Shown here piece by piece: positions 1 to 10,056 of a stretch of 17,223 nucleotides of DNA. This DNA comes from Candidatus Sysuimicrobiota bacterium. Its GTDB lineage: Bacteria; Sysuimicrobiota; Sysuimicrobiia; Sysuimicrobiales; Sysuimicrobiaceae. The position numbers and the translations under genes were made by a program. Each line of letters begins with the position of its first letter. Within the stretch, counting starts at the first letter, position 1. The stretch covers positions 1-17,223 of the forward strand of contig PSLI01000039.1 in NCBI GenBank assembly GCA_040289515.1. The letters are read 5' to 3'. The notes under the pieces were generated by a model that worked only from the letters and a program-made list of their open reading frames with translations, did no database searches and had not been told where the DNA came from.

Positions 1-23
1 CTAAAAGCGGCCCGGAGGGCGCG

Positions 24-680
24 ATGGCGGAAGTCCGCGTGCACGGGTTCCTGTTCTACCAGGTGCCGCCGGGGTACCGCACGTCGGCTCAAGCGGCGCG
101 GGTGCGCCAAGCCGTGGGGCGCGCGGGGGCGGTGCCCGGCGTGGCCGCGGTGTACACCTACGATTTGGTGGGCCTGCGCTCGGACACGGACCTGGGGGTA
201 TGGGTGGCATCTTCCGACCTCCCCGCGTATCAGGACGCGGCGCAGGCCCTGCTGGCCACCGACCTGCGCTGCGTGGGCGCCCTGTGGGGCTACGTGCGGC
301 CCTCCCAGTACACCGGGCGCAGCGGAACCAGCGTCCAGGTACCGGGGCCCCGGAAGCGCTACCTGGTAGTGTACCCCTTCACCAAGACCCACGCGTGGTA
401 CCAGCTGCCCGGGGAGGACCGGCGGCGCATGATGCTAGAGCACGCCCGGGTGGGCCACGGGTTCGAGGGGATCGAGCAGCTGTTGCTGTACAGCACGGGG
501 CTCAGCGACTGGGAGTTCGTGGTGGGCTACGAGACGGACGACCCGGAGCGCTTCCTGGAGCTGGTAACGGCTCTGCGGAGCACCGCGGCGCGGCCGTACA
601 CCCTCCGCGACCTGCCCACCTTCACCGCCCGGTACGGGACTCCCGAGGAGGTTCTCAGCCACGTCTTCCCGAGTCCCTGA
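24..680 (+). CDS. chdC: Coproheme decarboxylase (chlorite dismutase superfamily, HemQ/ChdC)
   Basis: YPFTKTHAWYQL..R..MMLEH (Tyr and proximal His) and STGLSDWEFVV motifs. Gln (IEQLLLYSTG) sits where chlorite dismutases have the distal Arg. GGAGG RBS upstream; operonic with hemE and ferrochelatase. Confidence 0.85.
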   Translation: MAEVRVHGFLFYQVPPGYRTSAQAARVRQAVGRAGAVPGVAAVYTYDLVGLRSDTDLGVWVASSDLPAYQDAAQALLATDLRCVGALWGYVRPSQYTGRSGTSVQVPGPRKRYLVVYPFTKTHAWYQLPGEDRRRMMLEHARVGHGFEGIEQLLLYSTGLSDWEFVVGYETDDPERFLELVTALRSTAARPYTLRDLPTFTARYGTPEEVLSHVFPSP

Positions 681-699
681 AACACCCGGGCAGGCGCGG

Positions 700-1167
700 G
701 TGGCGGAGGTGTTCCGGCGGTTGCTGGAGGAGAACCGCGTTATGACCCTGGCCACCTGTTCTCCCGAGGGTCCCTGGGCCGCCCCCGTGCTGTACGCGCT
801 GCGCCCGGGCCCGCAGCTGGTGTTCATGTCCCGGACTGGTACCCGACACGTACGGGACTTGCTGGCTTCCCCGCGGGTAGCGGTGGCCATCTACCCCCAC
901 CAGACGCGGCCTCTGAGGGGGGTGCAGCTGGAGGGCGTGGCGCGGCCCCTGGCGGGGCGCGAGACCCTGGCCGCCATTCGCGCGTACCTGCAGCGCTTCC
1001 CCGCCGCACGGGGGAGGTTCCCCCTGTGGGACGCGGTACGGGGCCGCGGGGAGGTGCGGTTCTTCGCCCTGCGCCCGGAGCGCGCGTACGTGCTGTCCGA
1101 GGTGGATTTCGGGTGGGGCGCCCGCCGGGAGGTGCCCCTACACGAACTGCTGCGGAGCTTCCGGTGA
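700..1167 (+). CDS. Pyridoxamine 5'-phosphate oxidase-like (split-barrel) protein
   Basis: VMTLAT...PWAAPVLYA, FMS...TRH..L...PRVAVAI and RGVQLEG motifs; 155 aa; GTG start. Confidence 0.8.
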   Translation: MAEVFRRLLEENRVMTLATCSPEGPWAAPVLYALRPGPQLVFMSRTGTRHVRDLLASPRVAVAIYPHQTRPLRGVQLEGVARPLAGRETLAAIRAYLQRFPAARGRFPLWDAVRGRGEVRFFALRPERAYVLSEVDFGWGARREVPLHELLRSFR

Positions 1168-1583
1168 CCGGTTACCGGCTGCTGGTGTTCGTCCACGTGC
1201 TGGCCGCCGCGGTGTGGGTGGGTGGGTACGTGCTGTTCGCGTGGGCTGCCCCGGCTTTGCGCCGTGCCCCGCAAGGTACGCAGGCCTTCCGGGTGCTGGG
1301 ACTGCGCTTCCGCGGCCTGTCGTGGGTGGCGGTGGGAGTGCTGCTGGCCACCGGAGTTGGGTTCCTCTTGTCCGGCTGGGATCCCGCGCAGCCCGTCCTT
1401 CGGGACAAGCTGGGTCTGGTGGGGATCGCGGTGCTGTTGAAGGCCGCCCACGACTTCTGGGCTGCCCCCGCGGCGGCCCGGGGCCAGCTGCCTGCAGTCT
1501 GGGCCACGGGCCTGGCGCGGGCCAACCTGGTGGTGCTGGTGGGGGTGCTGTTCTTGGCTACCCTTCTGCGAGGTCCGCGGTGA
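1164..1583 (+). CDS. Four-helix membrane protein, CopD/DUF4149/HemJ-like
   Basis: GTG at 1164 overlaps the upstream TGA (GTGA). N-terminus YRLLVFVHVLAAAVWVGG; four hydrophobic segments; second His in KAAHDFW. Confidence 0.75.
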   Translation: MTGYRLLVFVHVLAAAVWVGGYVLFAWAAPALRRAPQGTQAFRVLGLRFRGLSWVAVGVLLATGVGFLLSGWDPAQPVLRDKLGLVGIAVLLKAAHDFWAAPAAARGQLPAVWATGLARANLVVLVGVLFLATLLRGPR

Positions 1584-2587
1584 GGGATCGGCTTCTGCGT
1601 GCTGCCCTGGGACAGCCCGTGGACACCACCCCCGTGTGGTTTTTGCGGCAGGCGGGCCGCTACCTGCCGGAGTACCGACAGCTGCGGGAACGCTACTCCC
1701 TGGCGGAACTTTGCCGCCGCCCCGAGCTTGCAGCCCAGGTGACCCTTCTTCCCTTGCGGCGGATGGACGTGGACGCGGCCATCCTGTTCAGCGACCTGCT
1801 GGTCCCCCTGTGGGGCATGGGACTGAATTTCCAGCTGGTAGAAGGCCGCGGGCCGGTACTGGCACCTCTTTCAGCGGACCGGCTGGCGCATCTGCCCGAA
1901 CTGGATCTGGCTGGTGTGGAATTCGTCACCCAGACTGTGCGCGTGCTAAGAGCCGCCCTGGACCGGCCCCTGGTGGGGTTCTGCGGAGCGCCGTTCACCG
2001 TGGCCGCCTACCTGGTGGAGGGAGGCCCGTCCCGCGACTGGCCCCGCACACGCGCCCTGCTGCACGCCCGGCCGGACGTGTGGCACGCCCTGGCGGGTCG
2101 CCTGAGCACCAACTTGGCTCAGTATCTCAAGGCGCAGGTGGAGGCCGGCGCCCAGCTCGTCCAGCTGTTCGACTCCTGGGTGGGGGTGCTGTCCGTAGAG
2201 GACTTCCGGTGGGCCGTCCGGCCCTACCTAGTTCAGGTTCTGAAGGCCGTGGAGGGTGTTCCCCGCGTGTACTTCGCCACCTCCTGCACCCACCTGCTCC
2301 AGGAGTTCCGGCAGCTGCCCGTGGAGGTGGTGGGCGTGGATTGGAGGGTGGACCTGCAACAGGCCGCCGCAGCCCTGGGCGACAAGGTGGTACAGGGAAA
2401 CCTGGACCCCGCCCGGCTTTTGGGAGATCCGCAGGCCCTTCGGGCCGAGGCCTCCCGCATCGTGGAGGGGGGACGGACCCTCCGCGGCCACATCTTCAAC
2501 CTGGGGCACGGTGTTCTCCCCGAAACCAACCCCGACCGGCTGGCGGAGCTGGTGGACTGGGTGCACGAGAGGGGGAAGCGCGCATGA
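1580..2587 (+). CDS. hemE: Uroporphyrinogen decarboxylase
   Basis: PVWFLRQAGRYLPEY, DAAILFSDLL, GFCGAPFT, QLFDSW, QGNLDP and HIFNLGHG motifs. GTG at 1580 coupled to the upstream stop (GTGA). Confidence 0.97.
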   Translation: MRDRLLRAALGQPVDTTPVWFLRQAGRYLPEYRQLRERYSLAELCRRPELAAQVTLLPLRRMDVDAAILFSDLLVPLWGMGLNFQLVEGRGPVLAPLSADRLAHLPELDLAGVEFVTQTVRVLRAALDRPLVGFCGAPFTVAAYLVEGGPSRDWPRTRALLHARPDVWHALAGRLSTNLAQYLKAQVEAGAQLVQLFDSWVGVLSVEDFRWAVRPYLVQVLKAVEGVPRVYFATSCTHLLQEFRQLPVEVVGVDWRVDLQQAAAALGDKVVQGNLDPARLLGDPQALRAEASRIVEGGRTLRGHIFNLGHGVLPETNPDRLAELVDWVHERGKRA

Positions 2588-3504
2588 CGGTGGGGGTGCT
2601 GCTCATGGCGTACGGGACGCCCCGCAACCTCGAGGAGGTGGAGGCGTACTTCACCCACATCCGGCGAGGGCGCAGACCGTCCCCCGAGGAGGTGGAGGCG
2701 CTGCGGGACCGCTACCGGCGCATCGGGGGTACCTCGCCCCTGCGGCAGATCACGGAGGCGCAGGCCCAGGGCCTGCAGGCAGCCCTGGATCGGCGGGCAC
2801 CCGGTGTGTTCTCCGTGTACCTGGCGATGAAGCACAGCCCGCCCTTCGTGGCGGACGTGGCAGCTGCCATGGTGCGGGACGGGTTCCGCCGCGTCGTAGC
2901 CCTGGTGCTGGCTCCCCACGAGTCCCGCATGATCGCGGACGAGTACATGGAGTACGCGCAGCCCGTCTTCCAGGCAGTACCCGACCTTCAGGTGCACGTG
3001 GTGCGCGGCTGGTACCTCAACCCAGGCTACCTGAGGGCAGTGGAGCGGCGCGTGCGGGCGGCCCTCGAACGTTTCCCGGAGCCGGCACCCTCGGCCACCG
3101 AGGTGCTGTTCACCGCCCACAGCCTGCCCGAGCGGATCCTGCAGTGGGACGACCCCTACCCGCGGACGGTCCGGCAGACGGCGGAGGTGCTGGCACAGCG
3201 GGTGGGGCTGTCCCGGTGGCGGGTGTGTTACCAGAGCGCCGGCCACACCCCCTTCCGCTGGCTGGGCCCGGACCTGCTGGAGGTGCTAAAGGACTTGGCT
3301 GCCTGCGGAGGCCGGCAGGTGCTCGCCGTCCCCGTGGGGTTCGTGGCGGACCACCTGGAGGTGCTGTACGACCTGGACGTGGAGGCCGCAGAACGCGCCG
3401 CGGAGCTCGGCCTGGTGTTTGCCCGCACGGAGTCGCTGAACGCCGACCCGGAGTTCTTGGATGGGCTGGGCGATGAGGTGGTGCGCGCCGCCCAGGGGCT
3501 GTAG
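2584..3504 (+). CDS. hemH: Ferrochelatase, probably coproporphyrin ferrochelatase (CpfC type)
   Basis: GVLLMAYGTP, FTAHSLP, YQSAG..P..WLGP and PVGFVADHLEVLYDLD motifs. ATGA overlap with the hemE stop. Confidence 0.95.
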   Translation: MTVGVLLMAYGTPRNLEEVEAYFTHIRRGRRPSPEEVEALRDRYRRIGGTSPLRQITEAQAQGLQAALDRRAPGVFSVYLAMKHSPPFVADVAAAMVRDGFRRVVALVLAPHESRMIADEYMEYAQPVFQAVPDLQVHVVRGWYLNPGYLRAVERRVRAALERFPEPAPSATEVLFTAHSLPERILQWDDPYPRTVRQTAEVLAQRVGLSRWRVCYQSAGHTPFRWLGPDLLEVLKDLAACGGRQVLAVPVGFVADHLEVLYDLDVEAAERAAELGLVFARTESLNADPEFLDGLGDEVVRAAQGL

Positions 3505-3627
3505 CGGAGTGTAGCCCGCCCCCCTCGTACGCACGACGCGAACTTGGGCAACGGCGACCACGCGGCGTCCCGGCGTACAATCGGACCGAAGTGGCCGATG
3601 GTTGCAGACCCTCCCGTGGAGGTAGCT

Positions 3628-4533
3628 ATGCAGGATGGCTGGGAGCGCTCCATCCTGGCCGTACCGGCCTCCGAGCCCCGCAAGGTGGAGAAGGCGGTGG
3701 CCTCGCAGGCCGACGCGGTGTTCCTGGACCTGGAGGACGCCGTACCCCCGGACCAGAAGGAGGTGGCCCGGACGCAGGCCGTCCGCGCCCTCCGGGAACT
3801 GGACTGGCGCGACAAAACCCGCATGGTGCGCATCAACGGGCTAGAGACCCCGTGGGCGTATCGGGACCTGGTGGAGGTGTGCGAGGCAGCTGGCGACCGG
3901 CTGGACTGCGTGATCGTCCCCAAGGTGACCCGCCCGGAGGAGCTGGTGTTTGTGGACCTGTTGCTCACCCAGATCGAGGCCCGCATGGGCTTTTCGCGAA
4001 GGGTGGGGATCCACGCCCTGGTGGAAACCGCCTCGGGGCTGGCACGGGTGGAGCAGCTGGCCGTGGCCACGTACCGCCTCCAGGCCCTCAGCTTCGGCCC
4101 CGGGGACTTCGCGGCCTCGGTGGGGATGCCCGCTTCCGCCATCGGCACGGAGGACCCGTGGGATGCCGCCTACCCCGGGCACCGGTGGCATTACGCCATG
4201 GCCCGCGTGGTGGTGGCCGCCCGTGCAGGGGGCCTGCGCGCCTTTGACGGCCCTTCCGCGGAGTTCCGGGACCTAGAGGCCTTCCGCCGCCTGTGCCGCG
4301 TGGCGCGGAGCCTAGGCTTCGACGGCAAGTGGTGCATCCACCCCGCGCAGGTCCCGGTGGTGCACGAGGTGTTCGCGCCCACCGAGCAGGAGCTCGAGTG
4401 GGCCCGCAGGGTGGTGACCGCGTACGAGGAAGCGCAGGCCAGCGGGCGGGGCGCCACCACCGTGGACGGCAGGATGGTGGACGCGGCGTCGGTACGCATG
4501 GCCCAGGCCACCTTGGCGCGCGTCCGGGCGTAA
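3628..4533 (+). CDS. CitE/HpcH-family CoA ester lyase, most like malyl-CoA/beta-methylmalyl-CoA lyase
   Basis: RSILAVP, DLEDAVPP, VRING, PKV, VET, GPGD and GKWCIHP motifs. GGAGGT RBS at 3618-3623 before ATG 3628. Confidence 0.85.
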   Translation: MQDGWERSILAVPASEPRKVEKAVASQADAVFLDLEDAVPPDQKEVARTQAVRALRELDWRDKTRMVRINGLETPWAYRDLVEVCEAAGDRLDCVIVPKVTRPEELVFVDLLLTQIEARMGFSRRVGIHALVETASGLARVEQLAVATYRLQALSFGPGDFAASVGMPASAIGTEDPWDAAYPGHRWHYAMARVVVAARAGGLRAFDGPSAEFRDLEAFRRLCRVARSLGFDGKWCIHPAQVPVVHEVFAPTEQELEWARRVVTAYEEAQASGRGATTVDGRMVDAASVRMAQATLARVRA

Positions 4534-4538
4534 GCAAG

Positions 4539-5816
4539 TCAGGCAAGACGCGGCACGCCCTGCTGGCGGTACGCCAGGTCCAGTATCTGAACCGTGTGCA
4601 GCACCGGCACCGGGCGCCCGGCGGCCCGCAGGTGCGCAGCGATCTGGACCATGCAGCCTACGTTTCCGGTCACCACCACGTCGGGGTACGTGGCCATTAG
4701 CGCCCGGGCCTTGCGCTGCCCCAGCTCCTGGGCCACCTCCGGCTGCTCAAGGTTGTAGGTGCCGGCAGACCCGCAGCACACCTCCGCGTCCGCGGGTTCC
4801 ACGAGCTCCAGGTTGCCCACCGACCCCAGCAGCCGCCGCGGCTCCTCCCGCAGCCCCTGCGCGTGCAGCAGGTGGCACGCGTCGTGGTAGGCGGCGCGCA
4901 CGCGTGCTGCAAGCGACGGGGGCGGCTGCAGCCCGAGCTGGTGCAGGAACTCGCTCACGTCTCGAACCCGACCTGCCAGGCGTCGCGCCTGCTGTTCTTC
5001 CGGCCTGCCCGCGAACAGCAGCCCGTACTCCTTCATGGCCGACCCGCAGCCTGCAGCATCGGTAACCACCGCGTCCACGTCTTCCGGAAAGGCCACAAGG
5101 TTCCGCCGCGCCAGCGCCCGCGCCCGAGCTCCCTCGCCCGCGTGCATGGCCAGGGCGCCGCAGCACCCTTGACCATCGGGCACCACCACCTCCACCCCGT
5201 TCCGCGCCAGCACGCGCACCGTGGCCTCGTGGATCTCCGGGTGCAGGACGCTCTGCACGCAGCCCACCAGCACCGCCACCCGCGCCCGGCGCGGTCCCTG
5301 GGGACCGACCACGCGCACGCGCGGGCTCGAGCGAGGCAGGTTCCGCGGCAGCAGGTCCAGCATACCCCGCAGCCGGCCGGGCAACAGGTGGGCCACGAAA
5401 GCCCCAGCGCGCGCCAGCCGCCACGCGGCCCGCAGCCGCGCCGGGTAGGGCAACGTCTCCAGCACTAGCCACCGCAGAAGGCGATCCGGCCACGGCCTGC
5501 GTATCTTCGCAGCAGCCAGCTCCCGGTACGGTACCAGCAGCTGCCCGTACCCCACCCCCGCCGGACACGCGGTAACGCAGCCCAGGCACCCCAGACACCG
5601 GTCCACGAAGGGCGCTACGTCCGAGGGTGCCAGACGCCCTTCCAGCACCTCCTTCATGAGGAAGATGCGGCCCCTGGGGGAGTCCATCTCCTCCCCCAGG
5701 ACCCGGTACGTGGGGCAGGCGGGCAAGCAAAACCCGCAGTGCACACACGCCTCCACCGCGCGGGCCATCCAGGGACCCCCAGCCCCGTAGCGCTCCACCG
5801 GGATCTCGTGCAGCAC
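4539..5816 (-). CDS. glcF: Glycolate oxidase iron-sulfur subunit
   Basis: Two CxxCxxCxxxCP motifs ([24 protein letters not shown]), CCG domains ([17 protein letters not shown]). GTG at 5816 preceded by GGAGG. Confidence 0.92.
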   Translation of the reverse strand: MLHEIPVERYGAGGPWMARAVEACVHCGFCLPACPTYRVLGEEMDSPRGRIFLMKEVLEGRLAPSDVAPFVDRCLGCLGCVTACPAGVGYGQLLVPYRELAAAKIRRPWPDRLLRWLVLETLPYPARLRAAWRLARAGAFVAHLLPGRLRGMLDLLPRNLPRSSPRVRVVGPQGPRRARVAVLVGCVQSVLHPEIHEATVRVLARNGVEVVVPDGQGCCGALAMHAGEGARARALARRNLVAFPEDVDAVVTDAAGCGSAMKEYGLLFAGRPEEQQARRLAGRVRDVSEFLHQLGLQPPPSLAARVRAAYHDACHLLHAQGLREEPRRLLGSVGNLELVEPADAEVCCGSAGTYNLEQPEVAQELGQRKARALMATYPDVVVTGNVGCMVQIAAHLRAAGRPVPVLHTVQILDLAYRQQGVPRLA

Positions 5817-5838
5817 GCGTGCCTCCCGACAACCGGGC

Positions 5839-6912
5839 TTACAGGCCTGGTCCGAACCGCCCCGCGGGGTCCAGGGCCCGCTTGACGCGGCCGCCAAACC
5901 CATCCGGCCCCCGTGGTCCCAAAAACGGCGGGCCCGGCGGCCCCAGGACCCGAAGCCCCCGCAGCCCCAACCGTTCCAGCACCCCTGACAGGACCGCCTC
6001 GTCCGGACACGCCACCCACGCCACGTTGCCCCCCACAGAGTACCGACGCAGGGTCTGCGCGGAAGCAAGCTCCCGTTCCACCTGGGGCAGCAACCGTAGC
6101 GTCAGCCCCACCTTCACCAGCGTCCACCCCTCGGGCACCCACCGGAACTCCCTTGCCCGCTCCCATACCCCGGCTTCGCCCTCCACGGCCTGGCCTCCCT
6201 GCACGAACTCCTGCAGGCGCCGCAGCCGCGCCGGCACGGACTCCGGCCTGCCGGCTACGCGGATCCACACGGTGCTGGGAGGCTCCAGATCCACGGCTTC
6301 CAGGTCAAACGCGCTCCCGTAAAGCGCCCGCAGCACGCCCCACGCCTGCTCAAACGTGGAGCAGTCCACCCGCAACGTGGCCCGTGCCCTGGGTGCCGGG
6401 AACACCTTAAACGACAGGTCCACCAGCACCCCCAACCGGCCCACGCTGCCCACCATCAGCTTGGCCAGGTCGAACCCCGCGGCGTTCTTCACCACCTTCC
6501 CGCCCGCGCGCACCAGCTGGCCCTGCCCGTCCACGAACCGCACGCCCAGCACGAAGTCACGGACCCCGCCGTACCGGTAGCGGCCCGGGCCGCTCAGCCC
6601 AGCGGCCACGGTCCCACCCAGGGTCGCTCCTGCCGAGACCAGGGGCGGCTCGAAGGGCAGGTACTGTTCATGCCGGCTCAGCAGCTCCTCCACCTGCCGC
6701 ACCGGAGTCCCCGCCAGCACGGTACAGGTGAGCTCCGCGGGGTCGTAGTCCACCACGCCCCGCAGCTGGGACAGCTCCAGCACCGCCGCGCCCTCGGGGG
6801 GCGCCAGGGCTGTCTTGGTCCCGGCGCCCCGAGGCCACACGCAGGACAGGTTCCGCACCGTCTCCTGGACGGATCGCACGTCAGGCGGGCGAACCACGGT
6901 GTGGGAGGACAC
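5839..6912 (-). CDS. glcE: Glycolate oxidase FAD-binding subunit
   Basis: YDPAELT, ATLGG, SGP.R..YG..RD.VLG and [20 protein letters not shown] motifs; lies between glcD and glcF. Confidence 0.9.
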   Translation of the reverse strand: MSSHTVVRPPDVRSVQETVRNLSCVWPRGAGTKTALAPPEGAAVLELSQLRGVVDYDPAELTCTVLAGTPVRQVEELLSRHEQYLPFEPPLVSAGATLGGTVAAGLSGPGRYRYGGVRDFVLGVRFVDGQGQLVRAGGKVVKNAAGFDLAKLMVGSVGRLGVLVDLSFKVFPAPRARATLRVDCSTFEQAWGVLRALYGSAFDLEAVDLEPPSTVWIRVAGRPESVPARLRRLQEFVQGGQAVEGEAGVWERAREFRWVPEGWTLVKVGLTLRLLPQVERELASAQTLRRYSVGGNVAWVACPDEAVLSGVLERLGLRGLRVLGPPGPPFLGPRGPDGFGGRVKRALDPAGRFGPGL

Positions 6913-6915
6913 GGC

Positions 6916-8328
6916 CTAACCAGCGACCGCGGGCTGCGCCGTCCGCACCGGCTCGGGGAACATCTTGCCGCGGTTGGCGATTTCCCGGGGATCCATGGCC
7001 TGCCGAATGCGCCGCATGACCTGCAGGTCCGCCTCACAGAACATCTCCGCCAGGTACTGCCGCTTCTCCATGCCCACCCCGTGCTCGCCGGTGATAGATC
7101 CGCCAAGCCGAATGCACAACCGGAGGATCTCTCCCGCCAGCGCCTCGGCCCGCTCCAGCTCCCCGGGCTTGCGCCCGTCGTACAGGATGAGCGGGTGCAG
7201 ATTCCCATCCCCCGCGTGGAACACGTTGGCCACCCGCAGCCCGTACTGCTGGCGCAGCCGCTCGATCTCCGCCAGGGCAGTCCCCAACCGGGTCCGCGGG
7301 ACAACCCCGTCCTGCACCAGGTAGTCCGGGCTCAGGCGCCCCACCGCCGAGAAGGCGCTCTTGCGCCCCTTCCAGATCCGCTGGCGGTCCGGCTCGTCCC
7401 GGGCCAGGCGGATCTCGTACGCACCCGAGGCCCGTACCACCTCCAGCAGCTGCACGAGCTCCGCTTCTACCTCCGGCTCCTCCCCTTCCAGCTCCACGAT
7501 CAGAAGCGCCGCCGCGTCCTGGGGGTAACCCGCGTGCACCGCCGCCTCCGCGGCCTCGATGCTGAGCCGATCCATGATCTCCACGGCACCCGGCAGCAGG
7601 CCCGAAGCCACCACTCTGGCCACCGCCTCGCCCGCAGCCTCCAGGCTCCGGTAGGCGGCCAGCACCGTGCCGTAGGCCTCGGGTTTGGGGACCAACCGCA
7701 GGGTGATCTCCAGGGCGATGCCGAACAGCCCCTCGGACCCCACGAACAGCCCCACCAGATCCGGCCCCACCTGCTCTAGACTCTCGCCTCCGAAGCGCAC
7801 CACCTCCCCGTCCGCCAGCACCGCCTCGATGGCCAGCACGTGGTTGCTGGTCATGCCGTACTTCAGGCAGTGGGCGCCTCCGGAGTTGAACGCCACGTTG
7901 CCCCCCACGGTGCACACCGGCTGGCTGCTGGGGTCGGGGGCGTAGTACAGCCCGAAGGGCGCCGCGGCCTGTGACACCGCCAGGTTCACCACGCCGGGCT
8001 CCACCACCGCCAGCCGCTCCTCGGGGTCCAGGCGCAGGATGCGGTTCAGCCGGTTGAGGGCGATCACCACGCCCCCGGGGACCGGCAGGGACCCGCCCGA
8101 CAGGCTGGTCCCGCTGCCCCGAGCCACGAAGGGCACCCCGTGGTGGTAGCACCAGCGGACCGTGGCCACCACCTCCTCCCGGCTCTCCGGCAGGACCACC
8201 GCCGCCGGGCGTGCCCGAAACGCGGTGAGGGCGTCGGACTCGTACGGTAATAGCTCCGCGGGGCGCGCCAGCAAGCGCCCTTCCGGATAGATGGTCCGCA
8301 AACCCTCCACCACCCGCCTGGGGTCCAT
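6916..8328 (-). CDS. glcD: Glycolate oxidase FAD-linked subunit
   Basis: [42 protein letters not shown] and GEHGVG.EK motifs. Confidence 0.93.
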   Translation of the reverse strand: MDPRRVVEGLRTIYPEGRLLARPAELLPYESDALTAFRARPAAVVLPESREEVVATVRWCYHHGVPFVARGSGTSLSGGSLPVPGGVVIALNRLNRILRLDPEERLAVVEPGVVNLAVSQAAAPFGLYYAPDPSSQPVCTVGGNVAFNSGGAHCLKYGMTSNHVLAIEAVLADGEVVRFGGESLEQVGPDLVGLFVGSEGLFGIALEITLRLVPKPEAYGTVLAAYRSLEAAGEAVARVVASGLLPGAVEIMDRLSIEAAEAAVHAGYPQDAAALLIVELEGEEPEVEAELVQLLEVVRASGAYEIRLARDEPDRQRIWKGRKSAFSAVGRLSPDYLVQDGVVPRTRLGTALAEIERLRQQYGLRVANVFHAGDGNLHPLILYDGRKPGELERAEALAGEILRLCIRLGGSITGEHGVGMEKRQYLAEMFCEADLQVMRRIRQAMDPREIANRGKMFPEPVRTAQPAVAG

Positions 8329-8332
8329 ACTC

Positions 8333-9913
8333 TCACTCCAGCCGGTCGTAGGCCACCAGGGTCAGGAAGTCCACGAACTCCTCCTGCAGCACGAGCCGGT
8401 CCAGGATCTCCGCAGCCTCCTGCAGGCGCGAGCCGGGCCCAGCCCCCAGGCGCTCCAGCTCCCGGTCCCGCACCTGCCGGTACAGCTGCGCGTCCACGGG
8501 CCTCCCGTCCTCCATCTTCGCACCGTGGTGGATCCACTGCCACAGCTGGGCCCGGCAGATCTCCGCGGTGGCCGTGTCCTCCATGAGGTTGTAGATGGCC
8601 GCCGCCCCCGTGCCCTGCAGCCACGCGTCCAGGTACTGCAGCGCCACGCTCACGTTGTTCACCACCCCCGCCTCCGTGATGGTCCCGCCGGGGACCCGCA
8701 CGTCCAGCAGGTGGCTGGCCAGCACCTGCACATCCTCCCGCAGCCGGTGCTTCTGGTGGGGCCGGCCTGCCAGCAGCCGCGTGAAGGGCTCCATGGCTAC
8801 GGGCACCAGGTCGGGGTGCGCCACCCAGGTGCCGTCGAAGCCGTCCGCGGACTCCCGCTCCTTGTCCTCCCGCACCTTGGCCAGGGCGCGCTCGTTCACC
8901 TCCGGGTCTTTGCGGCTGGGGATGAAGGCCGCCATGCCCCCGATGGCGTGAGCCCCGCGGCGGTGGCAGGTCTTCACCAGCAGCTCCGTGTACGCCCGCA
9001 TGAAGGGCACGGTCATGGTCACCTGCGCACGATCCGGCAGCACGAAGTCCGGTCGGTGCCGGAACTTCTTGATCACGCTGAAGATGTAGTCCCACCGCCC
9101 CGCGTTCAACCCGGAGGCGTGGTCCCGCAACTCGTACAGGATCTCGTCCATCTCGAAGGCGGCCAGGATGGTCTCGATGAGTACCGTGGCGCGGATGGTG
9201 CCCCGCGGGATCCCCAGGGCGTCTTGGGCGTACTGGAACACGTGGTTCCACAGCCGGGCTTCCAGGTGGCTTTCCACCTTGGGCAGGTAGAAGTAGGGCC
9301 CGGTGCCCCGCTCCAGCAGCTGTCGGGCGTTGTGGAAGAAGTACAGCCCGAAGTCAAAGAGAGCACCGGAGATCGGCTGGCCGTCCACCCGCACGTGGCG
9401 CTCCACCAGGTGCCAGCCCCGCGGGCGGACCAGCAGGGTGGCCACCGCCTCGTTGAGCCGGTAGTGCTTGCCCTCCGGGCTGACGTACTGGAGGGTACGC
9501 CGGACGGCGTCCATCAGGTTCTTCTGCCCCACCACCACGTTGCTCCACGTGGGCGACAGGGCGTCCTCGAAGTCCGCCATGAACACCTGCGCGCCTGAGT
9601 TGAGGGCGTTGATCATCATCTTGCGGTCCACCGGCCCCGTGATCTCCACACGGCGGTCCTGCAGGTCGGGGGGTGCGGGCGCCACCTTCCACTCCGCCTC
9701 CCGCACCCACCGGGTCTCCGGAAGGAAGTCCGGGAGGGCACCCGCCAGCAGCTCGCCCTGACGCTGCGCCCGCCGGTCCAGAAGGCTCCGCCGCGTGCTC
9801 TCGAACTCCCGGTGCAGCCCCGCTACGAACTCCAAAGCCTCCGGGGTTAGCACCTCCGCCTGCACCGACCCCGCGTCCGCCAGCACCTCAACCCCACGTG
9901 AAACGACCTCCAT
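8333..9913 (-). CDS. aceB: Malate synthase A
   Basis: [41 protein letters not shown] and LMED.ATAEI motifs; ~526 aa. ATG at 9913 preceded by GGAGGTGAGG. Confidence 0.96.
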   Translation of the reverse strand: MEVVSRGVEVLADAGSVQAEVLTPEALEFVAGLHREFESTRRSLLDRRAQRQGELLAGALPDFLPETRWVREAEWKVAPAPPDLQDRRVEITGPVDRKMMINALNSGAQVFMADFEDALSPTWSNVVVGQKNLMDAVRRTLQYVSPEGKHYRLNEAVATLLVRPRGWHLVERHVRVDGQPISGALFDFGLYFFHNARQLLERGTGPYFYLPKVESHLEARLWNHVFQYAQDALGIPRGTIRATVLIETILAAFEMDEILYELRDHASGLNAGRWDYIFSVIKKFRHRPDFVLPDRAQVTMTVPFMRAYTELLVKTCHRRGAHAIGGMAAFIPSRKDPEVNERALAKVREDKERESADGFDGTWVAHPDLVPVAMEPFTRLLAGRPHQKHRLREDVQVLASHLLDVRVPGGTITEAGVVNNVSVALQYLDAWLQGTGAAAIYNLMEDTATAEICRAQLWQWIHHGAKMEDGRPVDAQLYRQVRDRELERLGAGPGSRLQEAAEILDRLVLQEEFVDFLTLVAYDRLE

Positions 9914-9993
9914 CGGCCTCACCTCCACTGCGCGGCGCCCGGATCGCCGCGGGGCCGAAGCCGCCGCGGACGCTAGCCACCGTTCTCGCTGCC

Positions 9994-10022
9994 AACGTAG
10001 CCCCCCGCCGCGGGGGTGTCAA
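9994..10022 (-). promoter_or_regulatory. sigma70-type promoter of aceB-glcDEF
   Basis: Minus strand reads TTGACA (10022-10017), 17 nt, TACGTT (9999-9994). Confidence 0.7.
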
Positions 10023-10031
10023 CGCGTGGAA

Positions 10032-10056
10032 GGATTTTCTACAATGTGGAAAAGCC
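10032..10056. promoter_or_regulatory. Putative IclR operator overlapping the iclR -10 box
   Basis: AT-rich imperfect palindrome GGA-TTTTCTACAATGTGGAAAA-GCC between divergent aceB and iclR; contains TACAAT (10040-10045). Confidence 0.65.

Noticed and set aside
24..680. True chlorite dismutase
   Set aside because: Gln replaces the distal Arg, the YPF Tyr is present, there is no signal peptide, and the context is haem synthesis.
3553..3581. Promoter for the CitE-like gene (TACAAT at 3576-3581)
   Set aside because: Good -10 but no convincing -35 or extended -10, so too weak to list as a feature.
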